Assembly: GCA_018883425.1 (NCBI GenBank)
Contig: VFQY01000006.1
Span: forward strand, 1-58,147
Length of the DNA stretch: 58,147 bases
Reading direction: 5' to 3'
Source: Candidatus Omnitrophota bacterium
GTDB taxonomy: Bacteria > Omnitrophota > Omnitrophia > Omnitrophales > Aquincolibacteriaceae
The position numbers and the translations under genes were made by a program. Within the stretch, counting starts at the first letter, position 1, and each line of letters opens with the position of its first letter. This document shows positions 39,741-50,510 of this stretch, in pieces. Under the pieces are notes generated by a model. The model was not told where the DNA came from and did no database searches. It saw nothing but the letters and a program-made list of their open reading frames with translations.

Positions 39741-40415
39741 TCAAGCGTCAGCGCGGCGCTCACGGATGTGGTGACGCACATCAACGCCGCGGTTGACGTA
39801 GATCACGTCTTCGGCAATGTTGGTCGCTAAATCGCCGACGCGCTCAAGGTTGTGGGAGACCATGATGAGACTGACGCCGGCTCGGGTGCTGCCGGGTTTC
39901 TTCTCGATGATATTCTGAACTTCCTCATAGAGCTGATCGTTGAAGCGGTCAATAATGTCGTCAGCCTCCAAGATCGTTTTAGCCTTGGCCGCGTCTTCGT
40001 CCATAAAGGCGTCGAGCGCGTCGCGCACCATTTTCAGAACCGTCTCAACAACCCGCGGCAGATCCTGCGAAGATTTCACGGGGGGTTCCTGGTTCAGGAT
40101 CATAGCCTTTTCCGCGATATTGACGGCTTGATCGCCCATGCGTTCCAGATCGTTGGTGATCTTCAGCACCATGGTAATCAGTCTGAGATCCGAGGCCGCC
40201 GGCTGATAGAGGGCAATGAGTTCATGGCCGACCTCATCAATCTCGATCTCCTGCAGATTGATTTCCTGATCCCGCCGGATCACATTCTGAGCTTTGGAGG
40301 AATCCCGTTCAAAGAGGGCGTCGGTGGACTCCTTGATGGCCTCCAGGACCAGAAGTCCCATGCGGAAAACTTTTTCTTTGATATTTCTCAATTCATCGTC
40401 GAAGTGGCGTTTCAA
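39741..40415 (-). CDS. phoU: Phosphate signalling protein PhoU
   Basis: QPAASDLR, DLERMGD and NLERVGDLATNIAE repeats. Confidence 0.95.
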   Translation of the reverse strand: MKRHFDDELRNIKEKVFRMGLLVLEAIKESTDALFERDSSKAQNVIRRDQEINLQEIEIDEVGHELIALYQPAASDLRLITMVLKITNDLERMGDQAVNIAEKAMILNQEPPVKSSQDLPRVVETVLKMVRDALDAFMDEDAAKAKTILEADDIIDRFNDQLYEEVQNIIEKKPGSTRAGVSLIMVSHNLERVGDLATNIAEDVIYVNRGVDVRHHIRERRADA

Positions 40416-40470
40416 GAAGTCTCTCCGGGGTTGACTGACAGAGGAAGGTTAGCAGATTCCGCGCCGGCTC

Positions 40471-42321
40471 TCAACTGCGGATTTGATTCTGGACACCGGC
40501 GATCGGCAGCGAAAACCAGAAACGGGCACCGCGCCCGGGCCCGCTCTCGCAGCCGACGCTTCCCCCATGGACTTCGACAATGTGTTTCACGATGGACAGA
40601 CCGAGTCCTGTGCCGCCGACATCCCGCGACCGGGCTTTATCCACTCTGTAAAAACGTTCGAAGACCCGTGCGACGGCATGCGCCGGGATTCCTGGACCTC
40701 CATCTTCGACGCTGATCACGGCTTCAGGTCCTCTCTCGGCGGCCTGCAGAGTGATCCATCCCCCGGGCACATTAAACTTGATGGCATTATCCAGAAGATT
40801 CAAGAGGACCTGCCTGATCTTGTCTCGGTCGGCGGTCACAAAAATCGGCGGGTCTTGCGGAATCCGGTTCTCGATCCGGATATTTTTTTCCTGCATTTGC
40901 GGCTGAAGATGCGCAGCTGCATAATCGGCTTCCCGCGCCAAATCAAGCCTCTGCATCTGCAAGGAGATTTGTTTATCTTCCAGGCGGGAAATTTCCAGCA
41001 AATCCCCGATCAGACGCTCCAGTCTCCCTGCATCATCCTGCATCAGCTTCAAAAACCGTTCGCGGGCGGAGGCATCCTCCAGAGCGCCGCCGAGCAGCGT
41101 CTCGATAAACCCGCGGATGGACGTGAGCGGGGTCTTGAGTTCATGAGAAACATTGGCGACAAATTCACGGCGGAGATTTTCCAATTTTCGGATTCGGGTC
41201 ACGTCGGATAAAACCAGGATCCCGGCCGCTCCGCCGGCCGATTCGGAAAAGCCTGTAGCGCAAGCATGCAAAAATCGAGTTCCCCCGGTCTGAAGGATCT
41301 CTATGTCCTGAGCGAAACTGCCGCCTGAGGCTACCGCTCGGCTCACAAGGGCATCGAGCTGAGGTTTCTTCGTCAGCGCCACAAGGCTCTTGCCTGCGGC
41401 AGAACCCGGAGCGGCTCCGAACATCGATTCCGCGGAAGGATTCACAAGAATCGCCTGAAGCCCGGCATTGACGGCGATCACGCCCTCGCTCATGCTGTTG
41501 AGAATCCCGGTCAATTTGACTTTTTCAGCCTCGGACTCTCCGCCCCGGGATTTCAAAGCGGCCGCCATTTTGTTGAGTGAATTGCCCAGGCGCTGAATTT
41601 CATCGCGCCCGTCAACCCACACTTTCTCCTCGAGATCCCCGCGCGCGTATCGGGCCGCAGCCGCCGACATCTGGAAAATCCGGCGGGAGATACGTGCTCC
41701 GATCCAAAGACTTACCGCCGCAAAAAGGAGCGCTGACAAAACGTACGAGATCCCGATCACACCCAGGGAGCGCGCTGAAATCGGCAAAAGGCGGTTGGCG
41801 GGAACCGAAACAAGAATCCCGCCCGAAGGCTGACCTTCATGAAGAACAGGAACAGCTGCAAAAATCGCATTTTCGCGCGAGGCATTTCCGGAGGCAATGC
41901 CCGAGACAGGCCTGCCCTGAAGCGCCTGCAGGATTTCGGGTCTGAGAGCGGAAGCGCCGCGCTCGGTTCCTCCCGAAGGCCTGCCCCGCGAATCACCGAG
42001 CAGATGACCCTGGGCATCGAAGACGCTCACGCGGTAAGGGCTGTCAGCCCCTGCCTGCTCGGCAAGTTCCTGGATGCGCGCCTCGGGCCCTGCCCTGAGA
42101 ACTTCCGGCGTGAAGACCAGGAGCAGAACGCGGCTTTCCCTGAGAAGAGCCTGACGGGACTGTTCAAGGTGCTGACGGCGAAGCTCGCGGGCGGTCAGGG
42201 CGGCAGCCGCGGCTCCGACGACGAGGAACAGGACCGTGAAAGCTCCCGCGGTGCGGAATCCAAAGCTGCGCGTCCACGGCACCTTACGGTTACTTTTCAT
42301 TTTCGAACCGGTATCCGGCAT
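40471..42321 (-). CDS. phoR: Phosphate regulon sensor kinase PhoR
   Basis: Two TMs, HAMP, PAS, FVANVSHELKTPL and FERFYRVDKARSR..GGTGLGL; lies between phoB and phoU. Confidence 0.88.
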   Translation of the reverse strand: MPDTGSKMKSNRKVPWTRSFGFRTAGAFTVLFLVVGAAAAALTARELRRQHLEQSRQALLRESRVLLLVFTPEVLRAGPEARIQELAEQAGADSPYRVSVFDAQGHLLGDSRGRPSGGTERGASALRPEILQALQGRPVSGIASGNASRENAIFAAVPVLHEGQPSGGILVSVPANRLLPISARSLGVIGISYVLSALLFAAVSLWIGARISRRIFQMSAAAARYARGDLEEKVWVDGRDEIQRLGNSLNKMAAALKSRGGESEAEKVKLTGILNSMSEGVIAVNAGLQAILVNPSAESMFGAAPGSAAGKSLVALTKKPQLDALVSRAVASGGSFAQDIEILQTGGTRFLHACATGFSESAGGAAGILVLSDVTRIRKLENLRREFVANVSHELKTPLTSIRGFIETLLGGALEDASARERFLKLMQDDAGRLERLIGDLLEISRLEDKQISLQMQRLDLAREADYAAAHLQPQMQEKNIRIENRIPQDPPIFVTADRDKIRQVLLNLLDNAIKFNVPGGWITLQAAERGPEAVISVEDGGPGIPAHAVARVFERFYRVDKARSRDVGGTGLGLSIVKHIVEVHGGSVGCESGPGRGARFWFSLPIAGVQNQIRS

Positions 42322-42982
42322 TTTTTACCGTCAGAATTCTCTCGGATTCCATCTGCAGTTTCTTACGAAGCTGCCCGACGTGCATGTCCACCGTTCGGGT
42401 TTCGATATGCATGGACCGGTCAAATCCCCAAACTTTTTCGAGCAGGACTTCGCGGGAAAGAACACGGCCGTCAGACTCCATCAAAACCTTGAGCAGTCCG
42501 AATTCTTTCGAAGTCAGCTCCACCGGCTTTCCTTTGAGAAGGACAAGGTGCTTTTCTGTCTGCAGTTCAATCGCGCCCGCCCGAAGAACAGGCTGAGAAT
42601 GAGCCGGCCGGCCCCGCCTCAGCACAGCTTTAACTCGGGCCATCAGTTCTCGGGGGCTGAACGGCTTGGTGACATAATCGTCCGCCCCGAGTTCGAGACC
42701 GACGATCTTGTCGATTTCTTCACTCCGTGCCGTCAGCATGATGACAGGAATCGAGGCGGTCGTCTGATTGGCGCGCAGCGCTTTGAGAATTTCAAGGCCG
42801 TCCATTCCCGGAAGCATGAGATCCAGCAGGATCAGCGACGGCTGAAGGCGTCCGGCTTTTTCAAGCCCGTCCCCGCCTTCGCCCGAGGCGTAAACGCGGA
42901 ATCCTTCTTTTTCAAAGGTGTAGGCAAGAAGTTCGAGAATGCTTTTCTCATCCTCGACGATCAGAACGGTTTCTTTCGACAT
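42290..42982 (-). CDS. phoB: OmpR-family response regulator PhoB/PhoP
   Basis: Receiver plus winged helix (RTVDMHV, GYRF); phoR-phoU context. Confidence 0.85.
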   Translation of the reverse strand: MSKETVLIVEDEKSILELLAYTFEKEGFRVYASGEGGDGLEKAGRLQPSLILLDLMLPGMDGLEILKALRANQTTASIPVIMLTARSEEIDKIVGLELGADDYVTKPFSPRELMARVKAVLRRGRPAHSQPVLRAGAIELQTEKHLVLLKGKPVELTSKEFGLLKVLMESDGRVLSREVLLEKVWGFDRSMHIETRTVDMHVGQLRKKLQMESERILTVKNAGYRFENEK

Positions 42983-43038
42983 GGTTTACCGCAAAAAATT
43001 CGTGTTATGAATCACGGCGCTGGACTTCGGACAGGATC

Positions 43039-43066
43039 ATTCTAACTTCTATTTCGCGGCGGTCAA
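43039..43066 (-). promoter_or_regulatory. Candidate sigma70 promoter for phoB
   Basis: TTGACC (43066-43061), 16 bp, TAGAAT (43044-43039). Confidence 0.5.
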
Positions 43067-43114
43067 CAAAGCTCTTGCCCGCCTGCCCGGCACCCCGGGG
43101 CGAGGCCTCCGCCT

Positions 43115-43504
43115 TCACGCGGGACGGGCACCCGCCGAAAGACCGGCTTCGATTTCCTTGAGCAGAACTTCGATCGGGAACGGTTTTTTGAGGATCTTGT
43201 GGATGTTGCCGAGCTTGAGGATTTTGGGGGCGATTTTATCGTTCACGCTGGCGATGATGACGGGGATATCCGTAAGTTTTTTTTCCGTCCTGAGGCGGAC
43301 AAAAAATTCTTCGCCGTCCATGACGGGCATGATCATGTCGAGGATGATGAGATCAGGCTTCGCGGTTTCCAGAATTTTAAAAGCCTCGAGCCCGTTAAAG
43401 GCCCTGAGAATCTCATAATCTTGCCCCTGCAGATAAAGCCCATAAAGCGTGTGGAGGTCTTCATCATCTTCCACGATCATGATTTTTTTACGCTCTGACG
43501 TCAT
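43115..43504 (-). CDS. Single-domain response regulator
   Basis: VEDDED, ILDMIMP and KKPF. Confidence 0.9.
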   Translation of the reverse strand: MTSERKKIMIVEDDEDLHTLYGLYLQGQDYEILRAFNGLEAFKILETAKPDLIILDMIMPVMDGEEFFVRLRTEKKLTDIPVIIASVNDKIAPKILKLGNIHKILKKPFPIEVLLKEIEAGLSAGARPA

Positions 43505-43516
43505 CGGATGCCTCGT

Positions 43517-45313
43517 TTAGAATCTTACCTTGAAAACCGAGCCTTTTCCAAGGCCTTCGCTCTCGGCCCAGATTTTAGCGCGGTGCAGAACGGCGATATC
43601 GCGGCAGATCGTCAGCCCCACCCCGATGCCTTCGGAGGCCGAAGTCTTCTGCACGAATCGGTCGAAAATACTTTTCAGGTCGAGCTCTTCGATTCCTATG
43701 CCGGTGTCGCGCACCTCGGCCATGACATGCCCGCCCTGGGTATAGCTCGACACCGTCATCCCCCCCTTCGGGGTGTACTTGATCGCATTGTTGATCAGGT
43801 TCACAAAGACACGGTAAAGCATGTCGCGGTCGCCCTGAATTTTCAGAGGACTTTTTGAGAGCTTCATCTCAAGGCTCAGGCCCTTCTTGGCGGCCATCGG
43901 CTCAAGATCCAGCGCAGCCTGACTCAAAATCAGATTGAGATCCAGCTCCTGCGGAACGATTTCCTGCATGCCGGACTCGAGCTTGGACAAATCCATGATG
44001 CTCGTGATGGTGCGCATCAGACGGTCCGTGTTGCTTCTGAGAAGTTCGACAACGGGCTCATATTTACGGATGTCGGGATTCAGCTCCAGCTCCCGTTTGA
44101 ACCAATGAACGGCCATTTCGAACTTTGCGGTCGGGGTTTTCAGTTCGTGGGCTACGTCACGGATGAGGGATTCCTTCATCAGTTCGATGCGGCGGAGTTC
44201 CGTGACATCACGCATGACCCCCTGAATCATTTTGACCTGGCCCTCATGGTCCAGCAGCGGCGTAAAGTTGGTCAAATAGAAAATCTCGCTCTCCAGACCC
44301 CGGTGCACATGAGCCGTGGCGACGTTGATGACGGATTCGTGTTTCTCGCGCGCGGTTTTCAGAGCTTCGTCAAAGCGTCCGAGAGTCGAGGGTTCATGCA
44401 GCTGACGAAAGAGCTCAAGACCCCCTTCCAGAATTTCTTCGCGGGAACAGCCCGAGAACCCTTCGTTCAAAAAAACCATCTCGCCCCCGGGCGAAAGCGC
44501 AAAAATAATGTCGCTTGCGTTGTCGACGATCAGGCGGTATTTTTCTTCCGAGTCCTCGAGAGCCTGGGATCTTGCCCGAAGATTTTCCAAACTCTTCGAA
44601 AGACGCGACACCATTTCGTTGAAAGCCTCCGCCAAGTCCTGAATCTCGTCAAACGAATGGATGTCGGCGCGCGCCTCAAGGTTCCCTGACAGAATTTCCT
44701 GCACAGTCCTTTTGAGTTTGAAAAGCGGCCGCAAGGCGAGCCAGACGACACCGGCCGTCGTGAGCGCAAGAACACTGCCCATCACGAAGGCCAAAAGCAT
44801 CTTTTCGATGAAAATCTGCTTGAGTTCCTCCTCCAGACTCATCTGGGAAAAAACAATCACAAGACGACCCAGGGGGCGGGGGCCCATTTCGATTTTGACG
44901 GCCGTGCCGTATCGGTTCGCAGAGATGCGCTGGGCTCCGCTGAAAGACTTCAGAGCGAGCGGCTGGGGAAGTTTCATCGGCTGGGGATTAGTGCTTCCAA
45001 TGACTTCACCGAGTTCGTTTTCCACCTGAACCTCAAGAACATCCGCCCGGTCGGACATCCACTGCAGCGTCGCCTCAAGCACCTGCTGATTGCCGAGACT
45101 GAGAGGCACCTTGAGCGACTCGCGGAAGACCTCCGAGATCGACAGGAGACGGCGTTCGTTGCGTTCGAGAACAAGATCGCGGACAAAGCGGAACGTGCCC
45201 TGAAAAAGCGTGAAAAGCATGGCCGTCACCAAAATAAGAACGGGCAGAGCAACTTTGTAGCGGAGCGAAAGCCGGAAAGAGACTGAATCGGATTTTTTGA
45301 GAGGACGGCTCAC
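43517..45313 (-). CDS. Membrane sensor histidine kinase (HAMP-PAS-HisKA-HATPase)
   Basis: Two TMs, HAMP (DEIQDLAEAFNEM), PAS, AHELKTP, NAIKYT and DTGIG. Confidence 0.9.
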   Translation of the reverse strand: MSRPLKKSDSVSFRLSLRYKVALPVLILVTAMLFTLFQGTFRFVRDLVLERNERRLLSISEVFRESLKVPLSLGNQQVLEATLQWMSDRADVLEVQVENELGEVIGSTNPQPMKLPQPLALKSFSGAQRISANRYGTAVKIEMGPRPLGRLVIVFSQMSLEEELKQIFIEKMLLAFVMGSVLALTTAGVVWLALRPLFKLKRTVQEILSGNLEARADIHSFDEIQDLAEAFNEMVSRLSKSLENLRARSQALEDSEEKYRLIVDNASDIIFALSPGGEMVFLNEGFSGCSREEILEGGLELFRQLHEPSTLGRFDEALKTAREKHESVINVATAHVHRGLESEIFYLTNFTPLLDHEGQVKMIQGVMRDVTELRRIELMKESLIRDVAHELKTPTAKFEMAVHWFKRELELNPDIRKYEPVVELLRSNTDRLMRTITSIMDLSKLESGMQEIVPQELDLNLILSQAALDLEPMAAKKGLSLEMKLSKSPLKIQGDRDMLYRVFVNLINNAIKYTPKGGMTVSSYTQGGHVMAEVRDTGIGIEELDLKSIFDRFVQKTSASEGIGVGLTICRDIAVLHRAKIWAESEGLGKGSVFKVRF

Positions 45314-45332
45314 AGAGGTTCCGATATTCTTG

Positions 45333-45399
45333 GCCTTGGCTTCTTTTGCCTTGGCTTTTCGATTTATTTATCGTTATAATCCGCACCTTATATAACGAT
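45333..45399. promoter_or_regulatory. Divergent promoter with direct and inverted repeats
   Basis: TTGGCT (45351-45356), 18 bp, TATAAT (45375-45380); GCCTTGGCTT twice; ATCGTTATA-N12-TATAACGAT. Confidence 0.6.
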
Positions 45400-45400
45400 T

Positions 45401-46117
45401 ATGCGCGCCGGAATCTTTACGACCACAATTGAAGACGTTCAGGATATCGGGATTCAAGACACACGGCTTTTCCGTCTGTCGTTCCCCGCAGGGACTCTTT
45501 TTGAGTTCGAGGCAGGGCAGTTTCTGAACATCATGATTCCCACACCGGAAAAAACCGTCAAGCGCTCCTACTCCATCGCATCGCCCCCTCAGTGGACCGC
45601 ACAGGGCCGTCTTGATCTGTGCTGGAAACGCGTGCCGGGAGGTTTTGCGACAGCCTATCTTTGGGACCTGAAGAAGGGCGACAAGCTGGAGATTCAGGGC
45701 CCGCTCGGACGCTTCACGGCGCGCAAACCGCTTCCTGCCAAAATCGTCTTCATCTCCACAGGGACCGGTATCGCGCCCTTCCGTTCGATGATTCACGACC
45801 TTCTCGACAGGAAGGAATCTCTTGAGATTTGGAACCTTTTCGGCAACCGTTATGAAGAGGACATTCTTTACAAGGAAGAGTTTGAAAACCTTGCCCGGGA
45901 ACACTCAAATTTCAAAAACGTTTTTACGGTATCCCGCCCTAAAACTTGGGCTGGAGAAACAGCCTACGTTCAAAACCTGCTCAAGAAGTACATTCCTGTT
46001 TCAGGGGATACCCATCTTTTCATCTGCGGCCTGAGCGCGATGATCAAAGAGGTCGAGACCGCCGCTCTTGACATGGGTTTCCGTAAAGATCAAATTTTCT
46101 TCGAAAAATACGATTAA
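45401..46117 (+). CDS. Ferredoxin-NADP reductase-family FAD/NAD(P) oxidoreductase
   Basis: AGQF, RSYSIAS, GPLGRF, TGTGIAPF, ICG and terminal EKY. Confidence 0.88.
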   Translation: MRAGIFTTTIEDVQDIGIQDTRLFRLSFPAGTLFEFEAGQFLNIMIPTPEKTVKRSYSIASPPQWTAQGRLDLCWKRVPGGFATAYLWDLKKGDKLEIQGPLGRFTARKPLPAKIVFISTGTGIAPFRSMIHDLLDRKESLEIWNLFGNRYEEDILYKEEFENLAREHSNFKNVFTVSRPKTWAGETAYVQNLLKKYIPVSGDTHLFICGLSAMIKEVETAALDMGFRKDQIFFEKYD

Positions 46118-46135
46118 GCCCGTCCCGAAAATTTT

Positions 46136-46567
46136 CTAGCGGCAGCCTTCCAAAAGAAATTTCTTCTGAACCGCCAGAGCATGAATCAGTGCTCTGTCTG
46201 CGGGCGGAAATCGGTAGCGCCTCAGTTCCTCAGGGGCCGTCCACCTGAAGTCGTGGCAATCACGCCGGGAGGGCGAGCCGGAAACCCAGTCACACACATA
46301 GAAATGCAGATCCAGCACACGGTCCGGGAGCACATGCTCGTCCTGACGGATTTTTTTCCTGGGACGGATGAAAACCCCGAGTTCCTCCAGAACTTCCCTG
46401 ACGAGGCAGTCTTCGAGCGACTCGCCGGGTTCGCGCTTGCCGCCCGGAAACTCCCAGTAACCGGCAAAATTCGAACCGGGCTTGCGCTGGCTAATGAGCA
46501 GCTGGCCTGCTTTGAGGATCAGCGCACAGCCGACATCCACCCTTCTTTTAGGAGTTTCCGCGTTCAC
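46136..46567 (-). CDS. mutT: Nudix hydrolase (MutT/NudG-like)
   Basis: WEFPGGKREPGESLEDCLVREVLEELG Nudix box and FPPAD; GTG start overlaps the upstream stop. Confidence 0.75.
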   Translation of the reverse strand: MNAETPKRRVDVGCALILKAGQLLISQRKPGSNFAGYWEFPGGKREPGESLEDCLVREVLEELGVFIRPRKKIRQDEHVLPDRVLDLHFYVCDWVSGSPSRRDCHDFRWTAPEELRRYRFPPADRALIHALAVQKKFLLEGCR

Positions 46568-47562
46568 GCCATCTCCTCGTCGGCAAAGCCGCGGTCCCAT
46601 CGCCAGGGACCGGTTTTTCGAACTCTCAGAATAAAAAACCCTTCGGTTCTCGGGCCGGGGACAATCCGGCAAGCCCGGGCAAGGGCCGGCGGGTAAACTT
46701 TATTTTCCCACGATGTAAGCCCCGCCATCACCCTCACCGACGGCGGCAGACTCACGGCTTCCAGCTCAGCGGCCGAACCGATTCTTTTGAGTGCCGCCGC
46801 GACAGCCCCCTCATTTTCTTCGGGAGAAAAAGTGCAGGTCGAATAGACGAGAACACCGCCGGGCTTAAGCGCTGAAAAAGCCGACAGAAAAAGCCTCTTC
46901 TGTTTCTTGGCCAAATCGCGCACCTTCATCATCTTCCAAAAACCCAAGCTCTTAGGATCGTCCGCCTGAAAACGGGCTTCCCCTGAACAGGGAGCGTCGA
47001 GAAGCACCCTGTCGTAGGACTCAGGTTCCCGTCTGCCGAAGGCTTCTCCCGCCGTCAACGTCATGCGGATGTGCCGATAACCCTGATTTTCCAGAATCGT
47101 TTTCATCCGGAAGAAACGGCCCCGATGCGTGTCATTGGCCGTAAGCTCCCCCTCGCCTTTCATGAGATACGCGATCAGGGACGTTTTGCTTCCGGGGGCT
47201 GCCGCCATATCGAGAACTTTCTCGCCGGGCCGCGGCGCCAAGACCAAAACCGCCAGCATGCTCGACAATCCCTGCGCGTACAGCGTTCCCTGGGTGTAGA
47301 GCGGATGTTCCTGAAGTTTCCGGAAAGTCTCGCGGGAGACAAAAAAAGCCGGAAAAGGAAGCTCTTCGATCTCTTCCGGTTCTAGGCCGGCCTTCCGTAA
47401 AAGGCCTGCCAAATCCTCTCTGGAATAACCCGGTTTCTGAAGCCGAAGCGCTATGTCTTTGGGGACGGAAAAGGAAGTCAGGACCTCGCCGTAAAGGCTT
47501 TCGGGAAAGAGGCGCTGAAGGCGTTCAAGAAAAACGGGCGGCAGACCGCCGGGGTTCGGCAT
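46564..47562 (-). CDS. RsmB/RsmF (NOL1/NOP2) RNA m5C methyltransferase
   Basis: LDMAAAPGSKT, LLDAPCSGE and YSTCTFSPEENE. Confidence 0.92.
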   Translation of the reverse strand: MPNPGGLPPVFLERLQRLFPESLYGEVLTSFSVPKDIALRLQKPGYSREDLAGLLRKAGLEPEEIEELPFPAFFVSRETFRKLQEHPLYTQGTLYAQGLSSMLAVLVLAPRPGEKVLDMAAAPGSKTSLIAYLMKGEGELTANDTHRGRFFRMKTILENQGYRHIRMTLTAGEAFGRREPESYDRVLLDAPCSGEARFQADDPKSLGFWKMMKVRDLAKKQKRLFLSAFSALKPGGVLVYSTCTFSPEENEGAVAAALKRIGSAAELEAVSLPPSVRVMAGLTSWENKVYPPALARACRIVPGPRTEGFFILRVRKTGPWRWDRGFADEEMA

Positions 47563-47657
47563 GCGCGTATTATCGGGAAAAGCCGGAGCCGATCAAGTGA
47601 ATCCTGAGCCGAGCCGATATTCCTACAGTATCTTTTCCAACCCTTGAGGACTTTCGC

Positions 47658-48029
47658 CTGAACCCTGAATCTTATTTCCACCACTATCTTTTCATCGCCC
47701 TTTTCGCCTTGATGGCTTTCGGGTTCGCACTGCTGCCGGTTGTGATCGCCGGCAGGATCGCGCCCAAGAAACCCTCTCCGGTGAAAAACACGTCCTATGA
47801 ATGCGGTCTTGAATCCAAAGGCGATTCCTGGATCCAATTTCACGTGCAGTATTATCTGATCGCTCTGATTTTTGTCGTCTTTGATGTCGAGGCCGTTTTC
47901 CTTTACCCTTGGGCCGTTTCATTTAAAGAAACCGGTCTTGAGGGGTTTGCCGCCATGAGCCTCTTCATCGGAGTCCTTTTCCTCGGGCTCGTCTATGAAT
48001 GGCGAAAAAAGAATCTCGATTGGGAGTGA
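47658..48029 (+). CDS. nuoA: NADH-quinone oxidoreductase subunit A
   Basis: [19 protein letters not shown] and LDW; start probably CTG at 47658 (the ORF track uses 47709). Confidence 0.92.
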   Translation: MNPESYFHHYLFIALFALMAFGFALLPVVIAGRIAPKKPSPVKNTSYECGLESKGDSWIQFHVQYYLIALIFVVFDVEAVFLYPWAVSFKETGLEGFAAMSLFIGVLFLGLVYEWRKKNLDWE

Positions 48030-48760
48030 TCTTGGCACACGCTCCGAACGTTTCTGCCATTGACGAAGGGCTGAAAAGCGAACTCTCGAAAAAGGGCGTC
48101 GTCGTTACGACGCTGAATCATCTTTACAACTGGGGACGGAGCTCTTCGATCTGGCCGATGCAGTTCGGACTGGCCTGCTGTGCGATCGAAATGATCGCCA
48201 CAGCCTGCGCCCGCTACGACATGGCCCGCTTCGGAGCGGAACTTTTCCGGGCCTCGCCCCGTCAGTCAGATCTGATGATTGTTGCCGGAACTGTCACCAA
48301 AAAAATGGCGCCCCAGGTCGTGCGTCTCTACAACCAGATGCCTGAGCCGAAGTACTGCATCACGATGGGCGCTTGCGCGATCGCGGGCGGACCCTTCATC
48401 GACGGCTACAACGTTCTGCGGGGAATCGACCGCTACATTCCCGTCGACGTTCATCTGCCCGGATGTCCGCCCAGGCCCGAGGCGCTTCTGCACGGACTCA
48501 TGCAGCTTCAAAAAAAAATTGAGTCGCAGGAGATCGAAAAAACCGCCTGGTACCAGAAAGGCCTGAAGAGAGAATATCCGGTGCCTGAGTTCGGGCCGCG
48601 CGGCCTCATCCCCAAATTCAATCCCGAGGTGTGGCAGCCGCGTGCAAAAGACAACCGTAAAGAACGCTACGGCGAACCCATTCTCATCGGAAAAAAAATC
48701 AAGGCGCCGGATCTCGACGCCGAGACGCTCCGCCGAGCTTCCGGAGGACCCGCAAAATGA
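47999..48760 (+). CDS. nuoB: Complex I subunit B
   Basis: [22 protein letters not shown] and PGCPPRPE; the true start may be GTG at 48026. Confidence 0.95.
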   Translation: MAKKESRLGVILAHAPNVSAIDEGLKSELSKKGVVVTTLNHLYNWGRSSSIWPMQFGLACCAIEMIATACARYDMARFGAELFRASPRQSDLMIVAGTVTKKMAPQVVRLYNQMPEPKYCITMGACAIAGGPFIDGYNVLRGIDRYIPVDVHLPGCPPRPEALLHGLMQLQKKIESQEIEKTAWYQKGLKREYPVPEFGPRGLIPKFNPEVWQPRAKDNRKERYGEPILIGKKIKAPDLDAETLRRASGGPAK

Positions 48761-49356
48761 GAACCGAGGAAATCCGCGATCATCTCCAGTCCCTCGACTC
48801 GAGCCTGCGCTTGAGAATCGTCCTGGAAAGCCTGCTCGTAGAAAATCCCGAAGATCTCGCGAGGGCCGTTCGGGCCTTGAAAAGCTCTCCCCGTTTAAAA
48901 ATCGATTTTCTCTCGTCCGTGACCGCGGCGGATTATCTGGACTTTCTAGAGACGGTCTATCACTTTTACTCGGTCGAACTCAGGATCGGTCCCGTGGTCC
49001 TGCGGGCAAGAACCCGCCGCGACGATCCCAAGATTCCTTCCCTCTGCGGCTTATTCCGGAGCGCTGAACTTCAGGAACGGGAAGCGTATGATATGTTCGG
49101 CATCCGCTTCGAAGGACATCCCGACCTCCGCCGTCTTTTCATGTGGGACAACTTCGAGGGCTGGCCTTTGCGCAAGGATTACGTCCAGGAAGACTCGGAT
49201 GTCCTGGAATCTCAGGACTTAGCCTGGCTCGAAAAAAATTCTATTCACGTGTCTCAGGAACTGAAAACGCGCGCCCTTGATCTCCAAGCCCGGGGCCTGC
49301 GCGCCGACGCTCAGCGTCCGGCGGCAGAGGGACCCGCGAACAGCGGTGCGCCTTGA
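48757..49356 (+). CDS. nuoC: Complex I subunit C
   Basis: [20 protein letters not shown] and PLRKDY. Confidence 0.93.
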   Translation: MRTEEIRDHLQSLDSSLRLRIVLESLLVENPEDLARAVRALKSSPRLKIDFLSSVTAADYLDFLETVYHFYSVELRIGPVVLRARTRRDDPKIPSLCGLFRSAELQEREAYDMFGIRFEGHPDLRRLFMWDNFEGWPLRKDYVQEDSDVLESQDLAWLEKNSIHVSQELKTRALDLQARGLRADAQRPAAEGPANSGAP

Positions 49357-50510
49357 AAAACAAAACGGACACTCCCTTGACGGAAGATTTCGACACCCAA
49401 ACACTGCAGATCAATGTCGGGCCTCAGCATCCGGCGACCCACGGCGTGTTCAGAATGGATCTGACTCTCGACGGTGAAACGGTTGTGCGGCTCAAGCCTG
49501 TGATGGGTTACCTGCACCGCAATCACGAACAGATTGCCGAGAATATGACTTATGCGGCTTCCATGCCCTACACCGACCGCCTCGACTATTTCAATTCGAT
49601 GTCCAACAATTTCGGCTATGCCCTAGCCGTCGAAAAACTCGCAGGCATCGAGGTCCCGGAGCGGGCCGATTACATTCGCGTGATTTTGGCGGAGCTGACG
49701 CGCATCGTCAACCACATCTCCGTGATCGGATTTCTTCTGAATGATCTCGGGGCTTTCTTTACACCGCTCACCTATGCCTTCCGCGAACGCGAAAAAATTC
49801 TCGATCTTTTCGAAGAGATTGCGGGCTCCCGCATGATGTGTAATTACTTCCGCTTCGGAGGCGTCAAACGGGATTTACCCCCAGGCCTGCTCGAACGCAT
49901 TCGAACGATGATGGACGTTTTTCCCCGCTTTCTGGATGAATTTGAGGCGCTGCTGACCGACAACGACATTCTCTGCCTGCGCTGTCAAAACGTTGGAGTT
50001 CTCGGACGGGAACTTGCGCTCAACGCCGGGCTCTCGGGGCCGATGCTCCGGGCTTCGGGACTGGGCTACGACATCCGCAAAGTCGACCGCTACTCGATCT
50101 ACGGCCGTTTCGACTTCAAGGTTCCGGTGGGCAGCAAGGGGGATGTCTATGACCGTTACTACGTCCGCGTTCTGGAAATGCGCGAATCCCTAAAAATTCT
50201 GGATCAGGCTCTGCGTCAGATCCCCTCCTCGGGAGACATTATCAGCCGCAAGGCTGCGCCGTTTCTCAAGGCGCCCAGAAATTTCAAACCGCCCGTCGGG
50301 GAAGCTTACGGCCGCGTCGAGTCGCCCAAGGGCGAGCTTGGTTTTTATGTCGTCAGTGACGGCTCGCCTCAGCCCTGGCGCTACCATGTGCGGGCTCCCT
50401 CGCTCATCAACCTCACGGTACTCGAGGATCTTTGCATCGGCCACAAGCTCGCTGACGCCATGGTCATCCTCGGCAGCATCGACATTGTTCTGGGAGAAGT
50501 GGACCATTGA
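49353..50510 (+). CDS. nuoD: Complex I subunit D
   Basis: [26 protein letters not shown] and DIVLGEVD; no NiFe CxxC motifs. Confidence 0.95.
   Translation: MKNKTDTPLTEDFDTQTLQINVGPQHPATHGVFRMDLTLDGETVVRLKPVMGYLHRNHEQIAENMTYAASMPYTDRLDYFNSMSNNFGYALAVEKLAGIEVPERADYIRVILAELTRIVNHISVIGFLLNDLGAFFTPLTYAFREREKILDLFEEIAGSRMMCNYFRFGGVKRDLPPGLLERIRTMMDVFPRFLDEFEALLTDNDILCLRCQNVGVLGRELALNAGLSGPMLRASGLGYDIRKVDRYSIYGRFDFKVPVGSKGDVYDRYYVRVLEMRESLKILDQALRQIPSSGDIISRKAAPFLKAPRNFKPPVGEAYGRVESPKGELGFYVVSDGSPQPWRYHVRAPSLINLTVLEDLCIGHKLADAMVILGSIDIVLGEVDH

Noticed and set aside
39741-42982. phoB-phoR-phoU without pstSCAB
   Set aside because: Separation of the regulatory and transport genes is common; no clear Pho box was seen.
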